A DNA stretch of 64,000 bases. Source: Candidatus Binataceae bacterium (GTDB taxonomy: Bacteria > Desulfobacterota > Binatia > Binatales > Binataceae). The position numbers were made by a program, and so were the translations under genes. Shown one piece after another: positions 9,213 through 17,447 of the stretch (its first letter is position 1; each line of letters begins with the position of its first letter). A model generated the notes under the pieces. The model ran no database searches. It had not been told where the DNA came from and worked only from the letters and a program-made list of their open reading frames with translations. The DNA lies in contig DATKPK010000189.1 of the NCBI GenBank assembly GCA_035524095.1, positions 2,334-66,333 of the forward strand. Reading direction: 5' to 3'.

Positions 9213-9673
9213 TGGACGAGGTGATCGTCGCGGTAGGTTTCCTGTTTGCTCGTGTAGCCAGTGGGATCCCAGCGGGTCCATACGCCTTCGCGCTTGCCCA
9301 TGCGATACTCGCCCTCGATTGACTTGACGCCGTTGAAATACCAACTGGTGTGGAGTCCATCTTGGAGACCATTGTGGAAATGGTCAACGGCTGAGCGTTG
9401 GCCGTTGGCGTACCAGGTGGTCCATTCCCCTTCCTGAACGCCATCGCGGTAGCTGCCTTGGATTAGCTTGTCGTTGCCTTCGCCGTAAACGATGAAAGGG
9501 CCCTCCTTGACTGGCTTGCCATTGACGATTTTCTGACACCAGACTTCTTCACCCTTAGGTGGTGGAGCGCCCATCAGGGTGTCGCCGGGCGGACAGGTGA
9601 AGGTGGCCGTGTGATGGCAGGCGGCGAGACTCAGCGTCGCCAAAATGATACTGGCGAAGAACGGAGACCGCAT
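9209..9673 (-). CDS. MORN-variant (YwqK-like) repeat lipoprotein
   Basis: Lipobox in the signal peptide MRSPFFASIILATLSLAAC. Repeated G-x-W-x-x-W/Y-x-N-G units (GEWTTWYANGQ, GLHTSWYFNGV, GVWTRWDPTGY). Start chosen at ATG 9673; the track ORF runs to 9733. Confidence 0.7.
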   Translation of the reverse strand: MRSPFFASIILATLSLAACHHTATFTCPPGDTLMGAPPPKGEEVWCQKIVNGKPVKEGPFIVYGEGNDKLIQGSYRDGVQEGEWTTWYANGQRSAVDHFHNGLQDGLHTSWYFNGVKSIEGEYRMGKREGVWTRWDPTGYTSKQETYRDDHLVH

Positions 9674-9765
9674 CAGCGAATTGGAAATCGAAGCGGGCGG
9701 TACGCGCCAATCACGCGTTACTGCCCGCTCCATTGAGAGATCAGCCCCGAAGGGCCGACAGTTGC

Positions 9766-11457
9766 CTAGTTTGCGCCGGTCGAACCGAGCAGGTTGCCGC
9801 CCAACGTCGGGTGGCCGACCGTCTTGTCGCCGATGATGTTGACCATCGCGGGCTTGCCGGACTTAAAGGCGCGTTCAAGCGCGGGAACGATTTCGTCAGG
9901 ATCGGTAACGTTCTCGCCATGACAGCCCATCTCGGCAAAGGCCCGATCGTAACGAATGTCCTGCAGCATGTTGAACGGCTCAGTGCGATCTTTGAGCATC
10001 GGCATCGACTCGAAACTTGGACCCCACGAGCTGTTGTTGTAGAGCACACAGACGATCGGCAGTTTGTAGCGCGCGGCAGTTTCCATATCGAAACCGCCGA
10101 TGCCGAGCCCGCCGTCGCCCATAATCAGCGCGACCTGTGAGCCGGGACGTGCGACCTGCACACCGATGCCCATTCCGAAGCCGTGGCCCACTGGGGCGAG
10201 CGGTCCCGCGTCGATGACCTGGCCGGGGAAGCGGGCGGTGAAGCCCTGGCTCATCCAACCCGACATAGTGAAGCTGTCGATAACGACCGTGGCGTTCTTA
10301 TCGAGCACGGTGACGAGGTCCTTGGTCAGGCGCGCGGGATGAATGGGCTTGTTGGTGTGGAACTTCTTTTCGTTCTCGCCGACGACGCGGTCGAAATTGG
10401 CGCGTACCTCGCCCAATTCCTTGACCCATCCAGAGGAGCGATTCTTCGAGAAGTCGAGCTTCAACTCCTTGATACGGTTGATCATCTGGCGCAGCACCAG
10501 CTTCGGATCACCGACCATCGGAACTTCAGCCGGCACCTGCCATCCGATGCGCGATGGCGTCGGATCAACCTGGATATACTTGGCCTTGTCGTTCCATGTC
10601 GGTGGGCGGCCGAAATGCTCGCCGCTCCAGAAGCGAAAGCCGAGGGTCAGAACCACGTCGGCGCGTCCGGTGAAGGGTTTTTTGAAGGCGCCGCGAATTG
10701 CCAGCGGATGCTCTTCGGAAACTGAGCCTTGGCCGGCGCGGCGGGCATAAACCGGAATCGAGGTAAGCTCGACGAACTCGCGCAATTCGGGCCCAGCCTG
10801 CGACCAGAAGAGGCCGTCACCGCCCGCGATCAAGGGACGTTCGGCGGCGTGCAGTAATTCTATCGCGCGATCAATCTTGGCCGGGTCGCCAGCGGAACGG
10901 ACATCGTCGGGCGTAAAACGCATCCCGCCGCCTTTTTGACGGGCGTCGTCGTCCTTGGCGTAGAGAATATTCTGGGGGATCTCGACCAGGGCGACACCCT
11001 GCGGCGGCGCGAGCGCTTCGCGATAGGCCAGGCGCATATCGAATTCAATCGTGCTCCAATCCGTGACGCGCTTGGTGTACTTGGCGAAGCTGCGCAGCAT
11101 GTCCGAGCCATAGGCTTCCTGGAAGGAGCCTTGATGGTCCTCGGTGTTGGGATGCTGGCCGGAGACACAGACGACGGCGCTGTTGGTCATCGCGGCGAGA
11201 CAGAGGCCGGTCATCGCGTTGGTCAGGCCGCATCCAGCGGTAACCATGCACAATCCGGCTTCGCCGGTCATGCGCGCATAGGCATCAGCGGCATAGGCGG
11301 TGGCCTGCTCATGGCGCATATGGATCAACTTGATCTCGTGGTTGCGCAACTGGGCCAGGATTGGAAAAAGGTGACCACCATTGATTGCGAAACAATAGCG
11401 CGAACGGTTTTCGCGCATTATGCGCGCGACCAGTTCGCCCCCGTCAGCTTTGGCCAT
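9766..11457 (-). CDS. thiamine-pyrophosphate-dependent enzyme (acetolactate synthase / oxalyl-CoA decarboxylase superfamily)
   Basis: 564 aa from ATG 11457, which is preceded by AAGGAGGA. N-terminal Pyr domain (HEQATAYAADAYARMTG...TAGCGLTNA). TPP-binding GDG...NN motif (MGDGGLGIGGFDMETAARYKLPIVCVLYNN). Confidence 0.85.
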   Translation of the reverse strand: MAKADGGELVARIMRENRSRYCFAINGGHLFPILAQLRNHEIKLIHMRHEQATAYAADAYARMTGEAGLCMVTAGCGLTNAMTGLCLAAMTNSAVVCVSGQHPNTEDHQGSFQEAYGSDMLRSFAKYTKRVTDWSTIEFDMRLAYREALAPPQGVALVEIPQNILYAKDDDARQKGGGMRFTPDDVRSAGDPAKIDRAIELLHAAERPLIAGGDGLFWSQAGPELREFVELTSIPVYARRAGQGSVSEEHPLAIRGAFKKPFTGRADVVLTLGFRFWSGEHFGRPPTWNDKAKYIQVDPTPSRIGWQVPAEVPMVGDPKLVLRQMINRIKELKLDFSKNRSSGWVKELGEVRANFDRVVGENEKKFHTNKPIHPARLTKDLVTVLDKNATVVIDSFTMSGWMSQGFTARFPGQVIDAGPLAPVGHGFGMGIGVQVARPGSQVALIMGDGGLGIGGFDMETAARYKLPIVCVLYNNSSWGPSFESMPMLKDRTEPFNMLQDIRYDRAFAEMGCHGENVTDPDEIVPALERAFKSGKPAMVNIIGDKTVGHPTLGGNLLGSTGAN

Positions 11458-11728
11458 CTGCAGATCCTCCTTGATTAGTTCCGGCTTGGTTAGTCCCGGG
11501 CCGGCGGGCTGCGGACCGTGTAGCGGCTGAAAGACCACTATGGCCGGAGCGGGCTGGTGCACACGGGCTGGTAACTATCATCGAAACGAATCCTTGCACA
11601 TTTTAGGGGTGAGCGAAAACCGCAGGCGCCGAAGAAAGCCGCTGGAGATATTGATAGCGTCCGCAAAGTTGATCGAGAGCGCAAAGACTGTAAATGTTGG
11701 GGACCGTTAGTGGTTTGGGGAGGTTCGG

Positions 11729-13120
11729 TTGCGCGGACAACTTGCAAAGCGAATTTTGACGGTCGTGATCGGATTGGCTGGTGCGATATTTACCGGACTT
11801 GCGGTTTCGAATGCGTATGGCGCTTCGACGATTCCGCTGTCGGCTCCCGAGCCTTCAACTTCACCTGCCGTTTCGAATGCTGGTTCGGCAACACCTGCAA
11901 GGCCCGTCACAGCTGCGAATGCCGCACCATTTGACTGGATGCAGCCAAAGACCTGGCCGTCACCATTCAACCCGTACTTGTGGCCATTCAATCTCTTCCC
12001 CGTGCCTGAAGTAGCGACCAATCCCAATGGCGGAGTGACCTATGGCATCCTGCTGGCCTTTCTATTCAAGGATCAGGATGGTCACATCAACAGTATCTTT
12101 GCGCCGGATGTTAACGAGAACAGCGAACTTGGACCGGGCGGATCGTTGAAGTATTTCGCCTACCCGTCAGAGGATACGCAATGGTCAGCGATTGGCGCAG
12201 CGCAGGAAAACATCGCGCGAACGGTCGATTTGAACTACGAAACCGGACGGACGCATGAAAATTGGTGGTCGGCAGAGGGCGAGTTGTTCTTTGAAAGGGA
12301 TCCAACTGAGCGATTCTACGGTATAGGCAACACAACCGACGAGGGCAACGAGACTAATTATACGACCGAGCAACTCTATTTCAGGGCCTTGCTGGGTTGG
12401 AATATAACTCATGACCTGCAGCTAGCCTTCGTGACCAAGCCGCGCTACGTGCGGATTCAGGAAGGAGCATTCACCACGCTGCCGCAGATTTTCACGCTAT
12501 TCCCTAACGTTAAGGGGATTAATGGCGGGAGCGAATTCTACAATGAGTTACGTCTAACCTATGACACGCGGGATTCGATTGAGATGCCCCGCAGTGGTGG
12601 CTTGGGTGTGCTTTACGGCGGCAACGCTGACCGGGCTTTGGCGAGCTCGGTTTCGTATAATCGAATCGGTGGCGAACTCGCCCGCTACTATTCGTTTGGC
12701 AAACGCTTTACGCTGGCGATGCACGGCTATATGCAATACATGCCCGCGGGTGACGAAACGCCGTTTTGGTCGATGGGGTGGTTAGGCGGTGAACCCAGTG
12801 AGTTGTATTACCGAGAAACGCTGCGGGGATTTGGTGCGGGCCGCTTTATCGACAACAATATGACGGACCTCAACATTGAGTTGCGCACACGGGTACTCGA
12901 AGCATCGGTGATGGGCAATAAGGGAGTCCTCGAGGTGGCGCCGTTCCTTGACGCCGGGCAGGTCTTTCACAACGTATCGTACAATCCGGTGGCGGCGCTC
13001 CATCCCGCTGGTGGAATTGGGCTGCGGGCCTTGGCTGAGCCGTTCGTCGTCGCGTACCTGGATGTCGGATGGGGCGGTGAGGGCACGGCGATCTTTACCG
13101 GGATCGATTATCCATTCTAA
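11729..13120 (+). CDS. Omp85/BamA-family outer-membrane beta-barrel protein without recognisable POTRA domains
   Basis: Signal peptide (ILTVVIGLAGAIFTGLAVSNAYG). Loop-6 type motif LRGFGAGRF. Alternating beta-strand pattern and a C-terminal aromatic residue (GIDYPF). TTG start preceded by GGGGAGG. Confidence 0.7.
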   Translation: MRGQLAKRILTVVIGLAGAIFTGLAVSNAYGASTIPLSAPEPSTSPAVSNAGSATPARPVTAANAAPFDWMQPKTWPSPFNPYLWPFNLFPVPEVATNPNGGVTYGILLAFLFKDQDGHINSIFAPDVNENSELGPGGSLKYFAYPSEDTQWSAIGAAQENIARTVDLNYETGRTHENWWSAEGELFFERDPTERFYGIGNTTDEGNETNYTTEQLYFRALLGWNITHDLQLAFVTKPRYVRIQEGAFTTLPQIFTLFPNVKGINGGSEFYNELRLTYDTRDSIEMPRSGGLGVLYGGNADRALASSVSYNRIGGELARYYSFGKRFTLAMHGYMQYMPAGDETPFWSMGWLGGEPSELYYRETLRGFGAGRFIDNNMTDLNIELRTRVLEASVMGNKGVLEVAPFLDAGQVFHNVSYNPVAALHPAGGIGLRALAEPFVVAYLDVGWGGEGTAIFTGIDYPF

Positions 13121-13176
13121 GGCTGTTTCCTACGGCCAGCGCATTAGTCAAGGGGCAGCTAGACAGGGGAGATTTG

Positions 13177-14073
13177 CTAGACGTTTCGGATGAAGGGAGT
13201 CAGCTTCAGGTGTGCGATCAAATCGCGCATCATCGAGGCTGAAAGATCAGCGGCAGTTTGCTTGGCCTGCGGACCCATCCGGGTCAAGCGAAGAAGGTTG
13301 CGCCGCGACGAGAGTGCGCTTTTAAGCGCCTCCGCGCCCATGGGATCGAAGCGGCAACAGGCGGCGGCGCCATGCTGTTCGAGGACGCCGGAAATCGCTT
13401 CCTGAGAGGCGCGGGCGAACATCTCGGCTTCGGCCCGATCGATCCGCTGCGCGCCACCAGTCGCGCGAATCACGCGATGCCATTGTTTGATACGGCGGAG
13501 GCCGCCTTCAAAGATGATGCGATGAGTAGAGAAACCGCCGAGCGGGCGGTCGATTGAACGCTTCAGCATCGCATCCAACGCGCTGAAATCGATTGCGAGA
13601 AGCTTGAGCAGCAACTCACGGTAATCGCGTTCGTAGAGACTGTCGAAACAAGCCTCGTTGTAGATGTGGCTGGGCAGGCCCTTGTCGAAATGGCCAATGA
13701 AACGGACGGGCAAAAAGAAATTGTGTGCGACGACGTCGGCAGCGAGATGGGCTAGGTAACCGAGCACGAAAGCTTGTTCGCGCTCGCTACGCGCGGATTG
13801 CATAAGGCCGAGACCGGTCGTCCAATTGTGGGAATGGCGCCTGAGACGGCTTTGGAAACGCCGTCCCTGCACAATATCGGGGGCGAGGCCGCCATAGAGA
13901 AAGACCTCGGGGAGGTTGACCAGGGCGGCTTGAAGCGGGGTCGAGGGGGTGATAACCGTCGCGAGTACTTGGACGCCCAAGGCGATATGGGTGACAGGGC
14001 CCCATGCGAAGGCCGGCGCAGGAGCGAGCACGACCCACGCGATCACCAGGCCGAATAGAGTCCCTAAGAACAT
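13177..14073 (-). CDS. zinc-dependent phospholipase C family protein
   Basis: Signal-like N-terminus followed by AFAWGPVTHIALG, the W-x-x-x-T-H start typical of the Zn-dependent PLC family, then HLAADVVAHN. ATG at 14073 chosen; the ORF extends to TTG 14112. Confidence 0.65.
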   Translation of the reverse strand: MFLGTLFGLVIAWVVLAPAPAFAWGPVTHIALGVQVLATVITPSTPLQAALVNLPEVFLYGGLAPDIVQGRRFQSRLRRHSHNWTTGLGLMQSARSEREQAFVLGYLAHLAADVVAHNFFLPVRFIGHFDKGLPSHIYNEACFDSLYERDYRELLLKLLAIDFSALDAMLKRSIDRPLGGFSTHRIIFEGGLRRIKQWHRVIRATGGAQRIDRAEAEMFARASQEAISGVLEQHGAAACCRFDPMGAEALKSALSSRRNLLRLTRMGPQAKQTAADLSASMMRDLIAHLKLTPFIRNV

Positions 14074-14125
14074 TGGATAAAGTACACCGCTTCGATCACT
14101 CCAACCCAGCAATTGATTACATAAT

Positions 14126-15112
14126 ATGAGCAGTTCGATTTTACCGCCAGACAGTCGGCTCGACGCACGAACGGTCCTCGACTCGTTGCGCGACTATCTC
14201 GAACAGCTGCGCGAGGAGGGGATCGAAGGACTGCCGGGGACGTTGAAGCCGGTGCGAGCGGAGGGCAAGCCTCTGCCACTCAGTGCGGCGCGCCCCCAGA
14301 AGGTTGCGGAAGCGCCGGAGCGCCGGCTGACGTTGCAGCGGGAGAGCGCGGAGCATCGTGTCGCGATTGGAGCGGGGATTGTACCGGTGCGAGAGAAGAC
14401 GGCGAGTGAGATAGGAGCACGGACAGAGTCCGGAGATGATAAGAAGGCGGCTGATGCGCCAATCGTCGCGGAAAGCGTAGGCGCTGCGGGCGCGAGTCCG
14501 GCGGAATTGTTCTATCGCTATCCGGGACTGGAGAAGACGGCCAACCTTGACGAATTACGCACGTTTATCGGCGAGTGTACGCGATGCAAGCTCGCACCGA
14601 TGCGCACCAATCTGGTTTTCGGCGTTGGGAATCTAAATGCTGATCTGATGTTCGTCGGCGAAGCGCCGGGAGCCGATGAGGACGCGCGCGGTGAGCCGTT
14701 TGTCGGGCGTGCCGGGCAACTACTCACCGATATAATTGAGCGCGGGATGGGGCTGACACGGGCAGACGTGTATATCTGCAACGTGATCAAGTGCCGGCCG
14801 CCCGGTAATCGCAACCCTGAAAATGATGAAGTCGCGTCGTGTGAGCCGTTCCTGTTCCGGCAGATCGATTTGGTGAAGCCGCGAGCGATCGTTGGCTTGG
14901 GAACCTTCGCGGTGCAAGCGCTGCTCAAGGTCAAGACGCCGATCTCAAAGCTGCGCGGCAACTGGCATGAAGTGCGCGGGGTCAAACTGATGCCGACGTT
15001 TCATCCCGCGTATCTGTTACGGAATCCGGGTGATAAGCGGCTGGTATGGGCCGATATCCAGTTGGTGATGAAAATGCTCGGGATGCCGATCACGAATCGC
15101 GGACGTACCTGA
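14126..15112 (+). CDS. family 4 uracil-DNA glycosylase with ~140-aa N-terminal extension
   Basis: [40 protein letters not shown] and HPAYLLRNP blocks typical of Fe-S family 4 UDG in the C-terminal ~190 aa. Confidence 0.85.
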   Translation: MSSSILPPDSRLDARTVLDSLRDYLEQLREEGIEGLPGTLKPVRAEGKPLPLSAARPQKVAEAPERRLTLQRESAEHRVAIGAGIVPVREKTASEIGARTESGDDKKAADAPIVAESVGAAGASPAELFYRYPGLEKTANLDELRTFIGECTRCKLAPMRTNLVFGVGNLNADLMFVGEAPGADEDARGEPFVGRAGQLLTDIIERGMGLTRADVYICNVIKCRPPGNRNPENDEVASCEPFLFRQIDLVKPRAIVGLGTFAVQALLKVKTPISKLRGNWHEVRGVKLMPTFHPAYLLRNPGDKRLVWADIQLVMKMLGMPITNRGRT

Positions 15113-15140
15113 GGAGCCGAGGCAAGTCGGACAAGTCTTA

Positions 15141-16526
15141 ATGCGGCGCGGGACGCATCGAATGAGAGTCACCAGACGCGTGAGCGTGCGCAATATTGGG
15201 AGCCTGGCCGGGCTCATCATTGCGATAGGGCTAGCGCTCACCAGCCGCGCGAGATTGTATGCCGAGCCGTCACCGGCCATGAGCCAGCATCCGATGGTCG
15301 AAGTTATCGACCTCGATGGGGTGATCAATCCGGCGGCGGCGGACTTTATCAATGATGCGATCGGACGAGCGGTCACGAACGGCGCCAGCGCGCTCGTCAT
15401 CGAGCTAGATACGCCGGGCGGGCTGTTGACTTCTGCGCGGACGATCGTCAAAGCACTGCTCAATGCGCCGGTCCCGATAATCGTCTACGTCGCGCCAGCT
15501 GGGGCCAGTGCGGTGTCGGCGGGAACGTTCGTTACCGAGGCGGCCAATATTGCAGCGATGGCCCCGGGTACGACGATCGGCGCGGCTCATCCGGTGGACG
15601 TCAATGGTGGCGATGTCCAAGGTGAGATGGGGACGAAGGTCGAGAATTTCACCGCCTCGTGGGCAAAAGCGATCGCGGAGCAGCGTGGGCGTAATCAGGA
15701 TTGGGCCGAACAGGCGGTGCGGAACAGCGCTTCGATCAGCTCGAGCGAGGCGCTCAAGCTCCATGTAGTCGATATCATCGCACCTGACCTTTCCAGCCTG
15801 CTGCAGCAGGCATCAGGGCGGATCGTGACGGTCGCAGGTGGACGTGCGATCAGGCTCGAACTGGCTGACGCTGAGATCGAACGGATCGAGATGCGGTTCG
15901 GCGAGAGCGTACTTAACCGGCTGGCCGATCCGAACCTGATGTACTTGCTGATGATCGCCGGGATCATTGGGATTTATCTGGAGTTCGCACATCCGGGAGC
16001 GTACCTGCCGGGGGTTGCGGGTGGAATCTGCTTGTTACTAGCGCTGGCGTCTTTCCAGGTTATTCCGATCAATCTCGCGGGGCTGGCACTGATTCTTTTC
16101 GGGGCCGTCATGATTCTGACCGAACTGTTTATCACCAGTTACGGCGTGCTCGGCTTGGGCGGGATGTTCGCGTTCATTCTCGGGTCACTATTCCTAGTGG
16201 ATACTTCGGAAACCAATCTGGCTGTGAATCGAGGTTTGATCGCGGGGGCAGGCGTGGCCTTTGGCGCGATCGTGCTGGCGATCGGTTATGTAGTAGTGCG
16301 CGAAAGGCGCGAGCGGCCGACGACCGGCAGCGAAGGGCTGATCGGCGAGATAGGTGTGATACGCATGCCGATAACACCCGGCGTCCCAGGACGGATTTTT
16401 GTGCATGGCGAGACCTGGCGGGCGCGCAGTGGAGAGCCAATGGACGCGGGGACTCAAGCGCGCGTGATGGCGGTGCGCGGCCTAGAAGTCGAAGTCGAAC
16501 CGGTTGCAGGCAAAGCCTCGAACTAG
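15141..16526 (+). CDS. NfeD-family membrane-bound serine protease
   Basis: ClpP-like periplasmic domain, central multi-TM region and a C-terminal OB-like NfeD tail (GRIFVHGETWRARS). Lies immediately upstream of an SPFH gene, the classic pairing. Confidence 0.85.
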   Translation: MRRGTHRMRVTRRVSVRNIGSLAGLIIAIGLALTSRARLYAEPSPAMSQHPMVEVIDLDGVINPAAADFINDAIGRAVTNGASALVIELDTPGGLLTSARTIVKALLNAPVPIIVYVAPAGASAVSAGTFVTEAANIAAMAPGTTIGAAHPVDVNGGDVQGEMGTKVENFTASWAKAIAEQRGRNQDWAEQAVRNSASISSSEALKLHVVDIIAPDLSSLLQQASGRIVTVAGGRAIRLELADAEIERIEMRFGESVLNRLADPNLMYLLMIAGIIGIYLEFAHPGAYLPGVAGGICLLLALASFQVIPINLAGLALILFGAVMILTELFITSYGVLGLGGMFAFILGSLFLVDTSETNLAVNRGLIAGAGVAFGAIVLAIGYVVVRERRERPTTGSEGLIGEIGVIRMPITPGVPGRIFVHGETWRARSGEPMDAGTQARVMAVRGLEVEVEPVAGKASN

Positions 16527-16626
16527 AGCATCACACTGATGAGGGTAATCGCCAGGCAAGGGAAAGTGGAAGCTGCGCGAGAGGATCACGCGATTTGATG
16601 ATCGAGCGGCGGATTCGGAGGGGCAG

Positions 16627-17445
16627 ATGATATCAGGCGTCGGAGTGGTGATTCTGGTGGCGATCGTGATCGTATTGAGCGGGCTCAAGGTGCTCAACGA
16701 ATACGAGCGCGCGGTGGTTTTCCGGCTCGGACGCTTGTTGCCGTATCGTGGTCCCGGTGTGATCTTTGTAATCCCGTTTCTCGAGCGGCAGGTGCGGATC
16801 GACCTGCGGACGGTCACGCTCGAAATTCCGGCGCAGGACGTGATCACGCATGATAACGTCACGGTCAAAGTGAGCGCGGTGCTTTATCTGCGTGTGCTCG
16901 ATCCTTCGAAAGCGGTAACGGAGGTACGCGACTATCTCTACAGCACACTGCAGTTATCGCAGACCACGCTGCGCTCGGTCGGAGGCCAGACGGAACTCGA
17001 TGATTTGCTTAGCCAGCGCGAGAAACTGAACACGCAAATCCAGGAAGTGATCGACGCGAATACTGAACCGTGGGGAGTGAAAGTGGTGCTGGTCGAGTTG
17101 AAAAACATCGACCTGCCTCAGGATATGCAGCGTGCGATTGCGGCGCAGGCCGAGGCTGAACGCGAGCGGCGCGCCAAGGTAATTGCGGCCGAGGGCGAAT
17201 TTCAATCAGCGCAGCGTTTAGCGGATGCGGCTCAGATCATGAGCCACAGTCCGATAACGTTGCAGTTGCGTTATTTGCAGACGTTGGCGGAAATCGCTAC
17301 CGAGCATAACTCGACGACCGTATTCCCGATTCCGCTCGATCTCTTCGAGCCGTTCATGCAATTGCGGCAGATGGCCGCGTCTGCTCGGAGCTCGTCGGTG
17401 GCGAACGCCGAAGCGCCGGCCGCCAAGTCCCCGGATAAGCCTTGA
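16627..17445 (+). CDS. SPFH/band-7 (stomatin-like) protein
   Basis: N-terminal TM, then YERAVVFRLGRLL...GPGVIFVIPF and a coiled AQAEAERERRAKVIAAEGE segment. ATG preceded by GGAGGGG. Confidence 0.9.
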   Translation: MISGVGVVILVAIVIVLSGLKVLNEYERAVVFRLGRLLPYRGPGVIFVIPFLERQVRIDLRTVTLEIPAQDVITHDNVTVKVSAVLYLRVLDPSKAVTEVRDYLYSTLQLSQTTLRSVGGQTELDDLLSQREKLNTQIQEVIDANTEPWGVKVVLVELKNIDLPQDMQRAIAAQAEAERERRAKVIAAEGEFQSAQRLADAAQIMSHSPITLQLRYLQTLAEIATEHNSTTVFPIPLDLFEPFMQLRQMAASARSSSVANAEAPAAKSPDKP

Positions 17446-17447
17446 AG

